Position numbers and translations under genes: made by a program
Source of the DNA: Candidatus Doudnabacteria bacterium
GTDB lineage: Bacteria > Patescibacteriota > Doudnabacteria > UBA920
Length of the DNA stretch: 62,454 bases
Assembly: GCA_031291995.1 (NCBI GenBank)
Contig: JARLHZ010000030.1
Location: 1-62,454, forward strand
Direction: 5' to 3'
In this document: positions 27,812 through 36,144 of the stretch, piece after piece
How the letters are laid out: the number at the start of each line of letters is the position of its first letter
Position numbering within the stretch: position 1 is the first letter of the stretch
Notes under the pieces: generated by a model
The model's input: only the letters and a program-made list of their open reading frames with translations
The model's database searches: none
Told to the model about the DNA's origin: nothing

Positions 27812-27915
27812 AGCTTTTGTTTTTCCAACTTGCCGCTTGCCCGAATTTAGGGAAAAGTCGGGCAAGGGGTACCTCTAACTATAAGGGGGAATTTTCTATA
27901 CTAAGGAGATAAACT

Positions 27916-29073
27916 TTGAAACCGAGAAAAATTGAAGTTATCGGGGATTTCGGACTCGGTAGTCCGAATGAACGGGTCTCGTTGTGGTTTCTGCTCCGTC
28001 TTATCTGGGAGCAGTTTGGAATCTGGGGTTATGCCCAGAGCAACGGAATTGAAAAGGCGCAAGAAGCCGTTGTGGCTTACAAGCGCAATCGGCACGGGGT
28101 AGTATTGGATCCCTGCAAGAACGTCCGCTTCAGTCCCAAAGGTACGCGGATCATCTATCCTTTTCTGATTCAGCTCATCTTGGAGCAGCTCAAAAGAACG
28201 GAAGTGGTGATGACTCTGCCATTTTACCCCGGACATCTAAAAGCAGTTCGTTGGGCCGGTGGCAAGGCTGTGTTCCTGGCGGCGCTTTCTGCCGTGACTT
28301 ATGTTGACCGGCTCGAGGAGAAGCTGCGAAAAGGTGGATTTCACCCGGCCGCTGTTATAATCTGCTCAATTGGCAACCCCTACGGATACAAGTGCGACCT
28401 TGAATCATTTCGGCGACTGGTTGCGCTGGCTCACGAATTCGGCTTTATCCTGATTGTAGACGAAGCATATGCCGAGTTGTCTTACGATTGTATCCCAGCT
28501 CCTTCGCCATTTGAGGTGGAGGGAGCACTACCGGTTACGGTCGCCACGATGACCGGCTCCAAGTTTTTGTCAGCGGCGGCAGGCGGAATTGGGCTCTCTA
28601 TAGGGCCGGAACGAATTCTGCAGCCTTTAAGCGAAAATATGGAATTCCTCAGTGAAGGTGGCAATGGACTAATTCAGTCCGCATTCGCGTTCGCGCTGCC
28701 GCACATCGAGCCATATGTACGCAACCTCGCCAAGCTTTACGATTCCCGCGCGCATTCCTACGCCGACCTGCTGTATGAAGCTGGCTTGTACGAAGCAAAG
28801 TCGGGCGTCGGCGATGGCGGCATGTTCCTCTGGGTGCCTACGGACGATCTTAGTTCCAATGAATTGGCCGACCGTGCGCAGAGCGAAGGGGTTATCATTC
28901 GCCCCGGTAGCATGTTCCTCGACACGGGGGATGACCAGCGGCCGGGCAACATGAACTTCCTGCGATTCTGTTTGCGGGAACGAGACCAGGTGGCTGCGCG
29001 CTCTTTCCGCGCTCTTCGTCCGCTCATCACGACAATGCGGATCGAAAAGTGCGAAAACTCCTTAGTTTATTAG
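27916..29073 (+). CDS. PLP-dependent aminotransferase, class I/II fold
   Basis: ILIVDEAYAEL and TMTGSKFLSAAAGGIGL (Lys motif). TTG start 7 nt after AAGGAG. Visibly more G+C-rich than its neighbours. Confidence 0.65.
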   Translation: MKPRKIEVIGDFGLGSPNERVSLWFLLRLIWEQFGIWGYAQSNGIEKAQEAVVAYKRNRHGVVLDPCKNVRFSPKGTRIIYPFLIQLILEQLKRTEVVMTLPFYPGHLKAVRWAGGKAVFLAALSAVTYVDRLEEKLRKGGFHPAAVIICSIGNPYGYKCDLESFRRLVALAHEFGFILIVDEAYAELSYDCIPAPSPFEVEGALPVTVATMTGSKFLSAAAGGIGLSIGPERILQPLSENMEFLSEGGNGLIQSAFAFALPHIEPYVRNLAKLYDSRAHSYADLLYEAGLYEAKSGVGDGGMFLWVPTDDLSSNELADRAQSEGVIIRPGSMFLDTGDDQRPGNMNFLRFCLRERDQVAARSFRALRPLITTMRIEKCENSLVY

Positions 29074-29150
29074 TTCAAGGCGGGCGGACTGTTGGATGCT
29101 AAGCCAACCTCCGCCCCGCTAATTTATTAATTTTTGAATTTTTTAAAATT

Positions 29151-29167
29151 GTATGATATCATCATAC
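29151..29167. promoter_or_regulatory. Palindromic box GTATGAT-atc-ATCATAC upstream of the RHH-nucleotidyltransferase gene
   Basis: Perfect 7-3-7 inverted repeat, preceded by ttgaattttttaaaa, which is shared with 36048-36062. Confidence 0.55.
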
Positions 29168-29176
29168 TAGATATAA

Positions 29177-29205
29177 ATTCCGTAGTTCTGTAGTTTTCCG
29201 TAGTG
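29177..29205. repeat. CCGTAGTT word arm, direct repeat of 26943-26972
   Basis: attccgtagttctgtagttttccgtagtg versus gttccgtagattccgtagttttctgtagtg. Confidence 0.75.
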
Positions 29206-29226
29206 AATTTTAAATATTTCCGCAGT

Positions 29227-30093
29227 ATGAATCGTGAACGCCTGACAATTACCCTTAGAGCCGACCTTCTTAAACAGCTGGACGGACTTATAGACGGCCA
29301 GCGCTTGCGCAACCGAAGCCACGCAATTGAATATTTTTTGTCGCGCAGTTTGGGCGCGCAGAATTTAAAAGTTTTGGTTTTGGCCGGCGGCAAACCGGTA
29401 TATTTTGACAGCGAAAAAAAAGCTTTGCCCAAGGCTATGGTAAAAATTGCCGGCAAGCCTTTGCTCGAGCAGACTTTGCTGCGCCTCAAGGCTTCCAAAT
29501 TCAGCGAAGTAATTATATCTATAGGCGAGGGCGGCGAGAACATAGAAAATTATTTTGGCGACGGGTCGCGCTTCGGCATCAGCATTACTTATCTATATCA
29601 AAAAGAACTCAGCGGCCGCCATGAACCGGGGCGGTACATGTCAGGCAACGCCCAGCCGCTGCTCCAAGCTCGCGAAATTTTGGCCGGCGGCCCGTTTTTA
29701 CTTCTGTACGGCGATGTGCTTAGTGATGTGGATTTTGGCGATTTGGTGGAATTCCACCGGGCGCAAAAATCCTCCGTTTGCACCATGGCCTTAACCAGCG
29801 CCGAAAGCGTGAATATGTGGGGCCTGGCCCGGCTCCAGGGCAACCGCGTAGTTGAGTTTGAGGAAAAACCCAAAAACCCCAAAACTTTTTCCCGCCTGGT
29901 CAACGCCGGCGTCTATATGGCCGAGCCGGAAATTTTCAGTTTCATCAGCCAGAAATGCCAAAAATTGGAAAGCGACGTTTTTCCTCGTTTGGCCGAGGAA
30001 GGAAAGCTGTTTGGCTATCCTTACGAAGGCCTGTGGCTGGACATCAGCAACAGCGCGGCCTACCGACAGGCGGTTAAGGAACTAATAAGCTAA
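29227..30093 (+). CDS. Ribbon-helix-helix (CopG/NikR-type) domain fused to a sugar-phosphate nucleotidyltransferase
   Basis: MNRERLTITLRADLLKQLDGLIDGQRLRNRSHAIEYFLSRSL, then VLAGGKP...LPKAMVKIAGKPLL...YGDVL...NAGVYM. Confidence 0.7.
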   Translation: MNRERLTITLRADLLKQLDGLIDGQRLRNRSHAIEYFLSRSLGAQNLKVLVLAGGKPVYFDSEKKALPKAMVKIAGKPLLEQTLLRLKASKFSEVIISIGEGGENIENYFGDGSRFGISITYLYQKELSGRHEPGRYMSGNAQPLLQAREILAGGPFLLLYGDVLSDVDFGDLVEFHRAQKSSVCTMALTSAESVNMWGLARLQGNRVVEFEEKPKNPKTFSRLVNAGVYMAEPEIFSFISQKCQKLESDVFPRLAEEGKLFGYPYEGLWLDISNSAAYRQAVKELIS

Positions 30094-30173
30094 TATCCTA
30101 ATTTCAATAAATATCTATTAATATCCGGGCTGAAACGATATTGGTAGATATTAGTTGATATTAATAGATATTA
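30092..30173. repeat. Word hairpin (AATATC versus GATATT words) upstream of gap
   Basis: taatatcc..aaatatc..taatatcc gggctgaaac gatattgg..agatatt..ttgatatt..agatatt. Confidence 0.65.
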
Positions 30174-30187
30174 TTAAGACACAAATT

Positions 30188-31228
30188 ATGCCAAAAGCAT
30201 CATCCAAGCCTAAAACCAGAATAGCCTTAAACGGCCTGGGGCGGATTGGCCGCGTGTTTTTAAGGATAGCCAGTAATAATCCGAACTTTGAGATAGTTGC
30301 CGCGCATAGCCGCGGGGATGTGGAGACTTACGCCCATCTGTTAAAATACGATTCCACATACGGCACCTGGGACAAATCGGTAGATGTAAAAAATGGGCAC
30401 TTGGTGGCCAATGGCGTAAAAATTCCATATTATCGCGCCGAAGGCGACGCACTGCCCTGGAAAAAAATCGGCGTGGATTTTGTTCTGGATGCGACGGGCC
30501 GGTTTACCAAGCGCAACGAAGCGGAAAAACATTTGGCCGCAGGAGCAAAATATGTTATGGCCAGCGCGCCGATGTCGGACGCTGACGAAACATTTGTTTT
30601 TGGCGCCAACGAAAAAAAATTCGAACCGCAAACGCACCGGATTATTTCCGGCGGCAGCTGCACCACGGTCTGCTCCACCTTGACCATGAAAGTACTGGAA
30701 GAAACCTTCGGGGTTAACCAGGCGTTTATAAACACCGTGCACGCGGTAACGGGGGATCAGAGCCTTTTGGACGCTTCCCATAAAGATTTGCGCCGGGCCC
30801 GTTCGGCCATGGAGTCCATTATTCCCACCACTACCGGCGTGTCCAAAACCATAGTCAAAATTTATCCGCATTTGGAGGGGAAAATTTCCGGCCTGTCTCT
30901 CCGGGTTCCGGTACTAAATCCGTCCTTGGTAGTTTTGACCGCGGAATTAAAAAAGCCGGCCACAAAAGAATATTTCAACAAGGCCTTTTCCAAAGCCGCT
31001 ACTGGCGAGCTAAAGGGTTTGTTGGCCGTAAATAACCTGCCTTTGGTGTCCACCGATTTCCGCGCCAATCCCCACGGCGCCATCGTAGACTTATTTTCCA
31101 GCGAAATAGTTAACGGCCGTCTGGCCAATGTCTTGGCCTGGTACGACAACGAATGGGGTTACGTCCAGCAAATGGTTTATCTGCTGGAGTACCTATGCAA
31201 AAGAATTTCCCAGGCCGACAAAAAATAG
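30188..31228 (+). CDS. gap: Glyceraldehyde-3-phosphate dehydrogenase, type I
   Basis: NGLGRIGR, SGGSCTT (catalytic Cys) and WYDNEWGY. Confidence 0.9.
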   Translation: MPKASSKPKTRIALNGLGRIGRVFLRIASNNPNFEIVAAHSRGDVETYAHLLKYDSTYGTWDKSVDVKNGHLVANGVKIPYYRAEGDALPWKKIGVDFVLDATGRFTKRNEAEKHLAAGAKYVMASAPMSDADETFVFGANEKKFEPQTHRIISGGSCTTVCSTLTMKVLEETFGVNQAFINTVHAVTGDQSLLDASHKDLRRARSAMESIIPTTTGVSKTIVKIYPHLEGKISGLSLRVPVLNPSLVVLTAELKKPATKEYFNKAFSKAATGELKGLLAVNNLPLVSTDFRANPHGAIVDLFSSEIVNGRLANVLAWYDNEWGYVQQMVYLLEYLCKRISQADKK

Positions 31229-31293
31229 GGCCATTCTGCCTTTAAGCCTAATTTGATTTACCCGTCCTATTACGTCCCATTTTAAAGACCGCG

Positions 31294-32073
31294 CTAATCG
31301 CGGTCTTTTAATTTGGCAATAATTTGCGTTTGTAGTTTGCCGTTGGTGGTAATCATTTTTTTGGTTAGCAATGACACTTCACCGCCGTCCATATCGGTTA
31401 CTTTACCGCCCGCTTCCGTTAAGACTAAAATTGCCGCGGCGAAATCCCAAATATTCACATTGTCCGTAACAAAAAAATCATAATTTCCGGAGGCCACCAG
31501 GCAAATTTGCAGGGCGTGGCTGGCAAGAACGCGTAGTTTGCGGCAATTTTTTGCCATTATGGAAAACAAACCAATGCCCTGTTGGGCGTTCATCCAACCC
31601 ACGCCACCCAGGGCGTGGAGCAGGCGGTATTCTTTCGAAACTTTTATCGGCCGGGAGTTTAATTTTGCCCCGCCGCCGCGCGAGGCGGTAAATAATTGGT
31701 TTAAGATCGGATTATATAACGCCGCGACCAGCGGGCCTTTATTGTCCCATAACGCAATGGAAATGCAGCAAAAGGGAATTCCCTGTATATAATTGGTTGT
31801 ACCGTCTATTGGGTCAATAATCCACACCAGATCATTTTTTCCTGTCTCGTCCTTGGAATATTCTTCGCCGATGATTTTGTGGGCCGGAAATTTTTTGACA
31901 ATGGTTTTTCTAATCTGGTTCTCAATGCCCTTGTCGACTTCCGTGACTAAATTTCGGAAGTCGTCGTTTTTCATTTGGACGTTTTTGGGCTTGCCGAAGT
32001 TCTTTTTAAAAGTAATTCCGGCTTTTTTCGCGGCGTCCACCGCGGCCTTGAGGTATTGTTCCTGTTGCGTCAT
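31294..32073 (-). CDS. Inositol monophosphatase family protein
   Basis: WIIDPIDGTTNY and the WDFAA motif. Confidence 0.8.
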   Translation of the reverse strand: MTQQEQYLKAAVDAAKKAGITFKKNFGKPKNVQMKNDDFRNLVTEVDKGIENQIRKTIVKKFPAHKIIGEEYSKDETGKNDLVWIIDPIDGTTNYIQGIPFCCISIALWDNKGPLVAALYNPILNQLFTASRGGGAKLNSRPIKVSKEYRLLHALGGVGWMNAQQGIGLFSIMAKNCRKLRVLASHALQICLVASGNYDFFVTDNVNIWDFAAAILVLTEAGGKVTDMDGGEVSLLTKKMITTNGKLQTQIIAKLKDRD

Positions 32074-32110
32074 ATGCTGTATTATACAGGAAAATGGGGT
32101 ATAATAGAAT

Positions 32111-32203
32111 AGATTGAACAGGAATTAAAAGGTTTAAATGATTGACATGATTTTAGGTCAGTAATTCTTGTCAATCTTGTTCAATCGTGTCATTCTTGTC
32201 AAT
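32111..32203. repeat. Word hairpin (ATTGAACA/ATTGACA versus TTGTCAAT/TGTTCAAT words) in a divergent promoter region
   Basis: agattgaaca...attgacatga ... cttgtcaat cttgttcaat cgtgtcatt cttgtcaat. Confidence 0.55.
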
Positions 32204-32283
32204 TTACCTTTGAGAATCATCGCCGGCCTCCCCCACCTTCGCTAACGCTTCGGATGGCCTTCGGCAAATCCTCCACACTTTCT

Positions 32284-33606
32284 ATGCGTATAATCGCCGA
32301 CTTACAAATACACTCCAAGTACAGTAGGGCCTGCAGCCAGGAGCTTAACCCCAAAAATATCGGCCTGTGGGCCGACAAAAAGGGGATTGCGGTAATGGGT
32401 ACCGGGGATTTCACGCATCCCAAGTGGCTTAATGAACTAAAAGAAAATTTGGAGGAGGCTAAACCGGGATTGTATAAATTGCGCGTAGGGTCAGGAATCG
32501 CCTGGCCGTCTTCCGATAAAGGCCGGCCATTGGCCGGCCCTACACGGGCGCCGCGGGCCTTATTCATGTGCACGGCCGAGGTCTCGTCAATTTACAAACA
32601 AGGCGACAAAGTCCGGCGCGTGCACAATTTGATTTTCGCGCCGAATTTTGAAGCGGTAGATAAAATCATCGCGGGCCTGGAAAAAACCGGCGCCAATTTA
32701 AAATCCGACGGCCGGCCGATTATGGGAGTGCACTGCGACACATTGGTTAAAATAGTAAAAGATGCCGATGCTCAAGCCGAGGTAATCCCGGCTCACGCCT
32801 GGACGCCCCACTTTGGCGTATTCGGATCCTTATCCGGTTTTAATTCCATAAAAGAAGCTTTCAGCGACCAGGCAAAATACATAAAGGCCATAGAAACCGG
32901 TTTATCGTCAGATCCCAAAATGAACTGGCAAATATCGGAACTCGATAAATATTCCCTGACTTCCAATTCCGATGCCCATTCTTTGCGCAAAATCGGCCGC
33001 GAAGCCAATGTCTTTGAAATTGCGGAAGATAAATTATCATACGAGGAAATTATTGGGGCTTTGTATAGCAAAGACCCGAAGCGATTTTTATTTACCATCG
33101 AGTTTTTCCCGGAAGAGGGTAAATACCACCTGGACGGCCACCGCGACTGCAAGTTTTCCTGCTTGCCGGCGCAGACAAAAAAACTCAAGGGGATTTGTCC
33201 GGTTTGCGGCAAGAAGCTTTTGGTCGGGGTGCTAAACCGCGTGGACGAGTTGGCTGACCGCGACTTTGGCCTTACTCCGCCCCGTTCTATCCCGTTTAAG
33301 AGCGTTATACCACTCGAGGAAATAATTGCTGAAACTTTGGATGTCGGTTCATCCAGTAAAAAGGTTTTAGCCCTTTACGATCAGATGGTCGGGCATAGAC
33401 CGGAGTTTGAAATTTTGTTGGACCTTGATGAAAATCAGATTTCTACGATAGGAACAGCGGATGTGGCCAAAGGCATCATCCGCGTCCGCCAAGGGCAGGT
33501 TCATATGGATGCCGGCTACGACGGCTTGTTCGGCAAGATCCACATATTCGAAGAAGGAGAGCGGGAACAAATATTAAAGAAACCAAAACAAACAAGTTTA
33601 TTTTAA
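32284..33606 (+). CDS. Endonuclease Q-like PHP-fold protein (TIGR00375 family)
   Basis: IADLQIHSKYSRACS...GTGDFTHPKWL and the CPVCGKKLLVGVLNRV zinc ribbon. ATG at 32284 was chosen because the upstream part of ORF 32254 is repeat sequence. Confidence 0.55.
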   Translation: MRIIADLQIHSKYSRACSQELNPKNIGLWADKKGIAVMGTGDFTHPKWLNELKENLEEAKPGLYKLRVGSGIAWPSSDKGRPLAGPTRAPRALFMCTAEVSSIYKQGDKVRRVHNLIFAPNFEAVDKIIAGLEKTGANLKSDGRPIMGVHCDTLVKIVKDADAQAEVIPAHAWTPHFGVFGSLSGFNSIKEAFSDQAKYIKAIETGLSSDPKMNWQISELDKYSLTSNSDAHSLRKIGREANVFEIAEDKLSYEEIIGALYSKDPKRFLFTIEFFPEEGKYHLDGHRDCKFSCLPAQTKKLKGICPVCGKKLLVGVLNRVDELADRDFGLTPPRSIPFKSVIPLEEIIAETLDVGSSSKKVLALYDQMVGHRPEFEILLDLDENQISTIGTADVAKGIIRVRQGQVHMDAGYDGLFGKIHIFEEGEREQILKKPKQTSLF

Positions 33607-33631
33607 GCTGGATTATTGCTATAATAAAATT

Positions 33632-34276
33632 ATGGAACAAGCTGAAAAATATACGACTATTTACATTGTCAGGCACGGTGAAACCGAACATAATCTTAAT
33701 GAAATTATGCAGGGGCAAAGTGACTCGCCACTTACGGCCAACGGACAAGCCCAGGCCAAAGCTAGAGAAGAAGATTTAGGTCCAGTTCATTTTGATGCCT
33801 TATTTTCTTCCGATTTGGGTCGGACAGTACAAACCGCTTCAATACTTAACATTAATCGTAAACTGGCGCTAAATACCACAAAGCTACTCCGGGAAAAACA
33901 CTTTGGAATCTATGAGGGACGGCCAATCCAACATTTTTTGGATGAAAACAAGGAACTAATCGAAAAGTTTGAGAAGCTTTCGGCGGAGGAAAAAATCAAA
34001 TTTAAGTACCATCCGACTCAGGAGAATGACGAGGAAGTTACTGTAAGGATGTTAACTTTCCTAAGGGAGATAGGCGCCACGTTTATCGACCACACCGTGT
34101 TGGTGGTTAGCCACGGATCGATTATGCGCGCTCTTCTTAGACATTTGGGCTTTGCGACTTATGGGGAGCTTCCCCCAGGATCCCTTGAAAATACCGGCTA
34201 CATAAAACTGGAAACCGACGGCGTGGATTTTTTTATTAAGGAGACCAAGGGAATTAATAAAGTAATAGCTAGTTAA
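33632..34276 (+). CDS. Histidine phosphatase (phosphoglycerate-mutase-like) family protein
   Basis: IYIVRHGETEHN ... VVSHGSIMRAL. Confidence 0.8.
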   Translation: MEQAEKYTTIYIVRHGETEHNLNEIMQGQSDSPLTANGQAQAKAREEDLGPVHFDALFSSDLGRTVQTASILNINRKLALNTTKLLREKHFGIYEGRPIQHFLDENKELIEKFEKLSAEEKIKFKYHPTQENDEEVTVRMLTFLREIGATFIDHTVLVVSHGSIMRALLRHLGFATYGELPPGSLENTGYIKLETDGVDFFIKETKGINKVIAS

Positions 34277-34278
34277 AT

Positions 34279-34333
34279 TGTAGCGTGCCGATTTATCGGC
34301 GTCCTTGAGCCGCCCATAAATGGGCATGCTACA
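34279..34333. mobile_element. MITE-like palindromic element, family 2, ending 16 nt before the pyk ATG
   Basis: tgtagcgtgcc-gatttatcggc...gcccataaatgggc-atgctaca. Confidence 0.7.
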
Positions 34334-34348
34334 CACAATACTATACTT

Positions 34349-35740
34349 ATGAAAAAGACTAAAATCGTTTGTACTTTGGGCCCCACTTCGCAGTCCGTAA
34401 AAATTTTGACGGATATGGTAAAAGCGGGGATGAACGTGGCGCGTTTGAATTTTAGCCACGGCGACCACGAAAACCACGCGTTGCTTATTAGGAACATCCG
34501 GTCGGTAGCAAAAAAATTAAATACCACAATTACCATCATCCAGGACCTTCATGGGCCGAAAATCCGCGTTCTGGAAATGAAGGAACCAATAAGCGTTAAG
34601 GTCGGCCAGGCGGTAATTATCGGCCAGGATTTTAAGCTTGATTTAAACGTCATGAAATCCATCCGGCCGAAACAGCGTATTCTCATAGAAGACGGATTAA
34701 TAGAGCTGGAAGTGGAAAAAATCGTTAAGGGAAAAATTTATTGTATCGCGCTTAGCCCGGGGAAAATCCAGTCTCATAAAGGCGTAAATTTGCCGCGAAC
34801 CAAATTAAAAATCCCGATTTTGGGTCCAAAAGATATTGACGATTTAAAATTTGGGCTCAAGCAGGACGTGGACTATATTGCCTTGTCGTTTGTCCGGGAC
34901 CGAAGGGACGTGTTGAAACTCCGAAAGTTTATTGAAAAATATAACCCCAAGAATTTTCAAAAACCTTTGATTATCGCGAAAATTGAAAAACCCGAAGCTG
35001 TTAAAAATTTTGACGGGGTCTTAAAAGTTACCGACGCGGTTATGGTGGCGCGCGGCGACTTGGGTGTGGAAATGCCGGAAAACCAGGTGCCGATTATCCA
35101 AAAAACCATCATTCAAAAATGCCTGCGCGCCAGTAAACCTGTTATTGTGGCCACGCAAATGCTGGACAGTATGATCCGCAACCCCCGGCCGACGCGCGCC
35201 GAGGTCAGCGATGTGGCCAACGCGGTTATCGACCAGGCCGATTGCGTCATGCTCAGCGGCGAAAGCGCGTTCGGCAAATTTCCGGTCAAAGCAGTGGCGG
35301 AAATGGCTCGGATTATCGAGACCACGGAGAAGAGCGCGTTTTTGCCTTTGCACAAACATCTGGCCGACAAAATCGTCAACAAAATTGAGGCCATATCTGA
35401 GAGCGTATACGATCTTGCCATGCACACCAATGCCAAGGTGATAGTAGGCGCCACGGAAAGCGGCTTTACCGCCCGTGAAGTGGCGCATGAACGGCCGTAC
35501 CATCAGCATCTGATAATGCTGACCCCCAAAGCCAAAACCCTTCGGCAAATAAACATGGTCTGGGGCGTGCAGGCTTTTTTGGCTCCGGAAGTGGAAACTT
35601 TTGAAGATTTATCCGCGGAAATGATGAATACCGTCAAAGCCAAAAAGTTCGCAAAAAAAGGCGACAAGGTTGTTGTCGTCACCGGCGAACCGCTGGATCA
35701 AAAAGAGAGTTTAAACTTAGTGGAAGTAAAAACAGTATAG
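34349..35740 (+). CDS. pyk: Pyruvate kinase
   Basis: KTKIVCTLGP, MNVARLNFSHG and MVARGDLGVE. Confidence 0.95.
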   Translation: MKKTKIVCTLGPTSQSVKILTDMVKAGMNVARLNFSHGDHENHALLIRNIRSVAKKLNTTITIIQDLHGPKIRVLEMKEPISVKVGQAVIIGQDFKLDLNVMKSIRPKQRILIEDGLIELEVEKIVKGKIYCIALSPGKIQSHKGVNLPRTKLKIPILGPKDIDDLKFGLKQDVDYIALSFVRDRRDVLKLRKFIEKYNPKNFQKPLIIAKIEKPEAVKNFDGVLKVTDAVMVARGDLGVEMPENQVPIIQKTIIQKCLRASKPVIVATQMLDSMIRNPRPTRAEVSDVANAVIDQADCVMLSGESAFGKFPVKAVAEMARIIETTEKSAFLPLHKHLADKIVNKIEAISESVYDLAMHTNAKVIVGATESGFTAREVAHERPYHQHLIMLTPKAKTLRQINMVWGVQAFLAPEVETFEDLSAEMMNTVKAKKFAKKGDKVVVVTGEPLDQKESLNLVEVKTV

Positions 35741-35770
35741 GCTCTATGTGACCTATAAGTCTTATAACAA

Positions 35771-36034
35771 ATGAAATCAATCATCGCCACCCTCGCCACG
35801 CTTTGCGTCGTCTCCAGTTATATCCCGCAAATCGTCAAAGGACTTAAAACCAAATCACTACGGGATGTCTCTTTAATTTTTCTGATTGTTATCATCCTCG
35901 GCACCTTGCTATGGATTTTTTATGGTTTTTTGAATCAAGATTATATTTTTCTGCTCGCAAACTCCGTAATTTTAATATTCGCGATCTGCCTGACGATAAT
36001 GAAAATCATGTACGAACGCAAAAGGCCGGTTTAG
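35771..36034 (+). CDS. SemiSWEET / PQ-loop sugar transporter (3-TM)
   Basis: 87 aa, SSYIPQIVKGLKTKS PQ motif, three TM helices. Confidence 0.7.
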   Translation: MKSIIATLATLCVVSSYIPQIVKGLKTKSLRDVSLIFLIVIILGTLLWIFYGFLNQDYIFLLANSVILIFAICLTIMKIMYERKRPV

Positions 36035-36087
36035 ACCCTGGATTTATTGAATTTTTTAAAAAATGATATAATATAAATAGTAAATTC

Positions 36088-36104
36088 ATCATACTTTGTA
36101 TGAT
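36088..36104. promoter_or_regulatory. Palindromic box ATCATAC-ttt-GTATGAT upstream of ppsA
   Basis: Same half-sites as 27072-27088 and 29151-29167 in inverted order. Preceded by ttgaattttttaaaa and an extended -10 (tgatataat). Confidence 0.5.
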
Positions 36105-36144
36105 TATTTTAAATAAAATTAATCGTTAATTAAGGGAATTTTTT

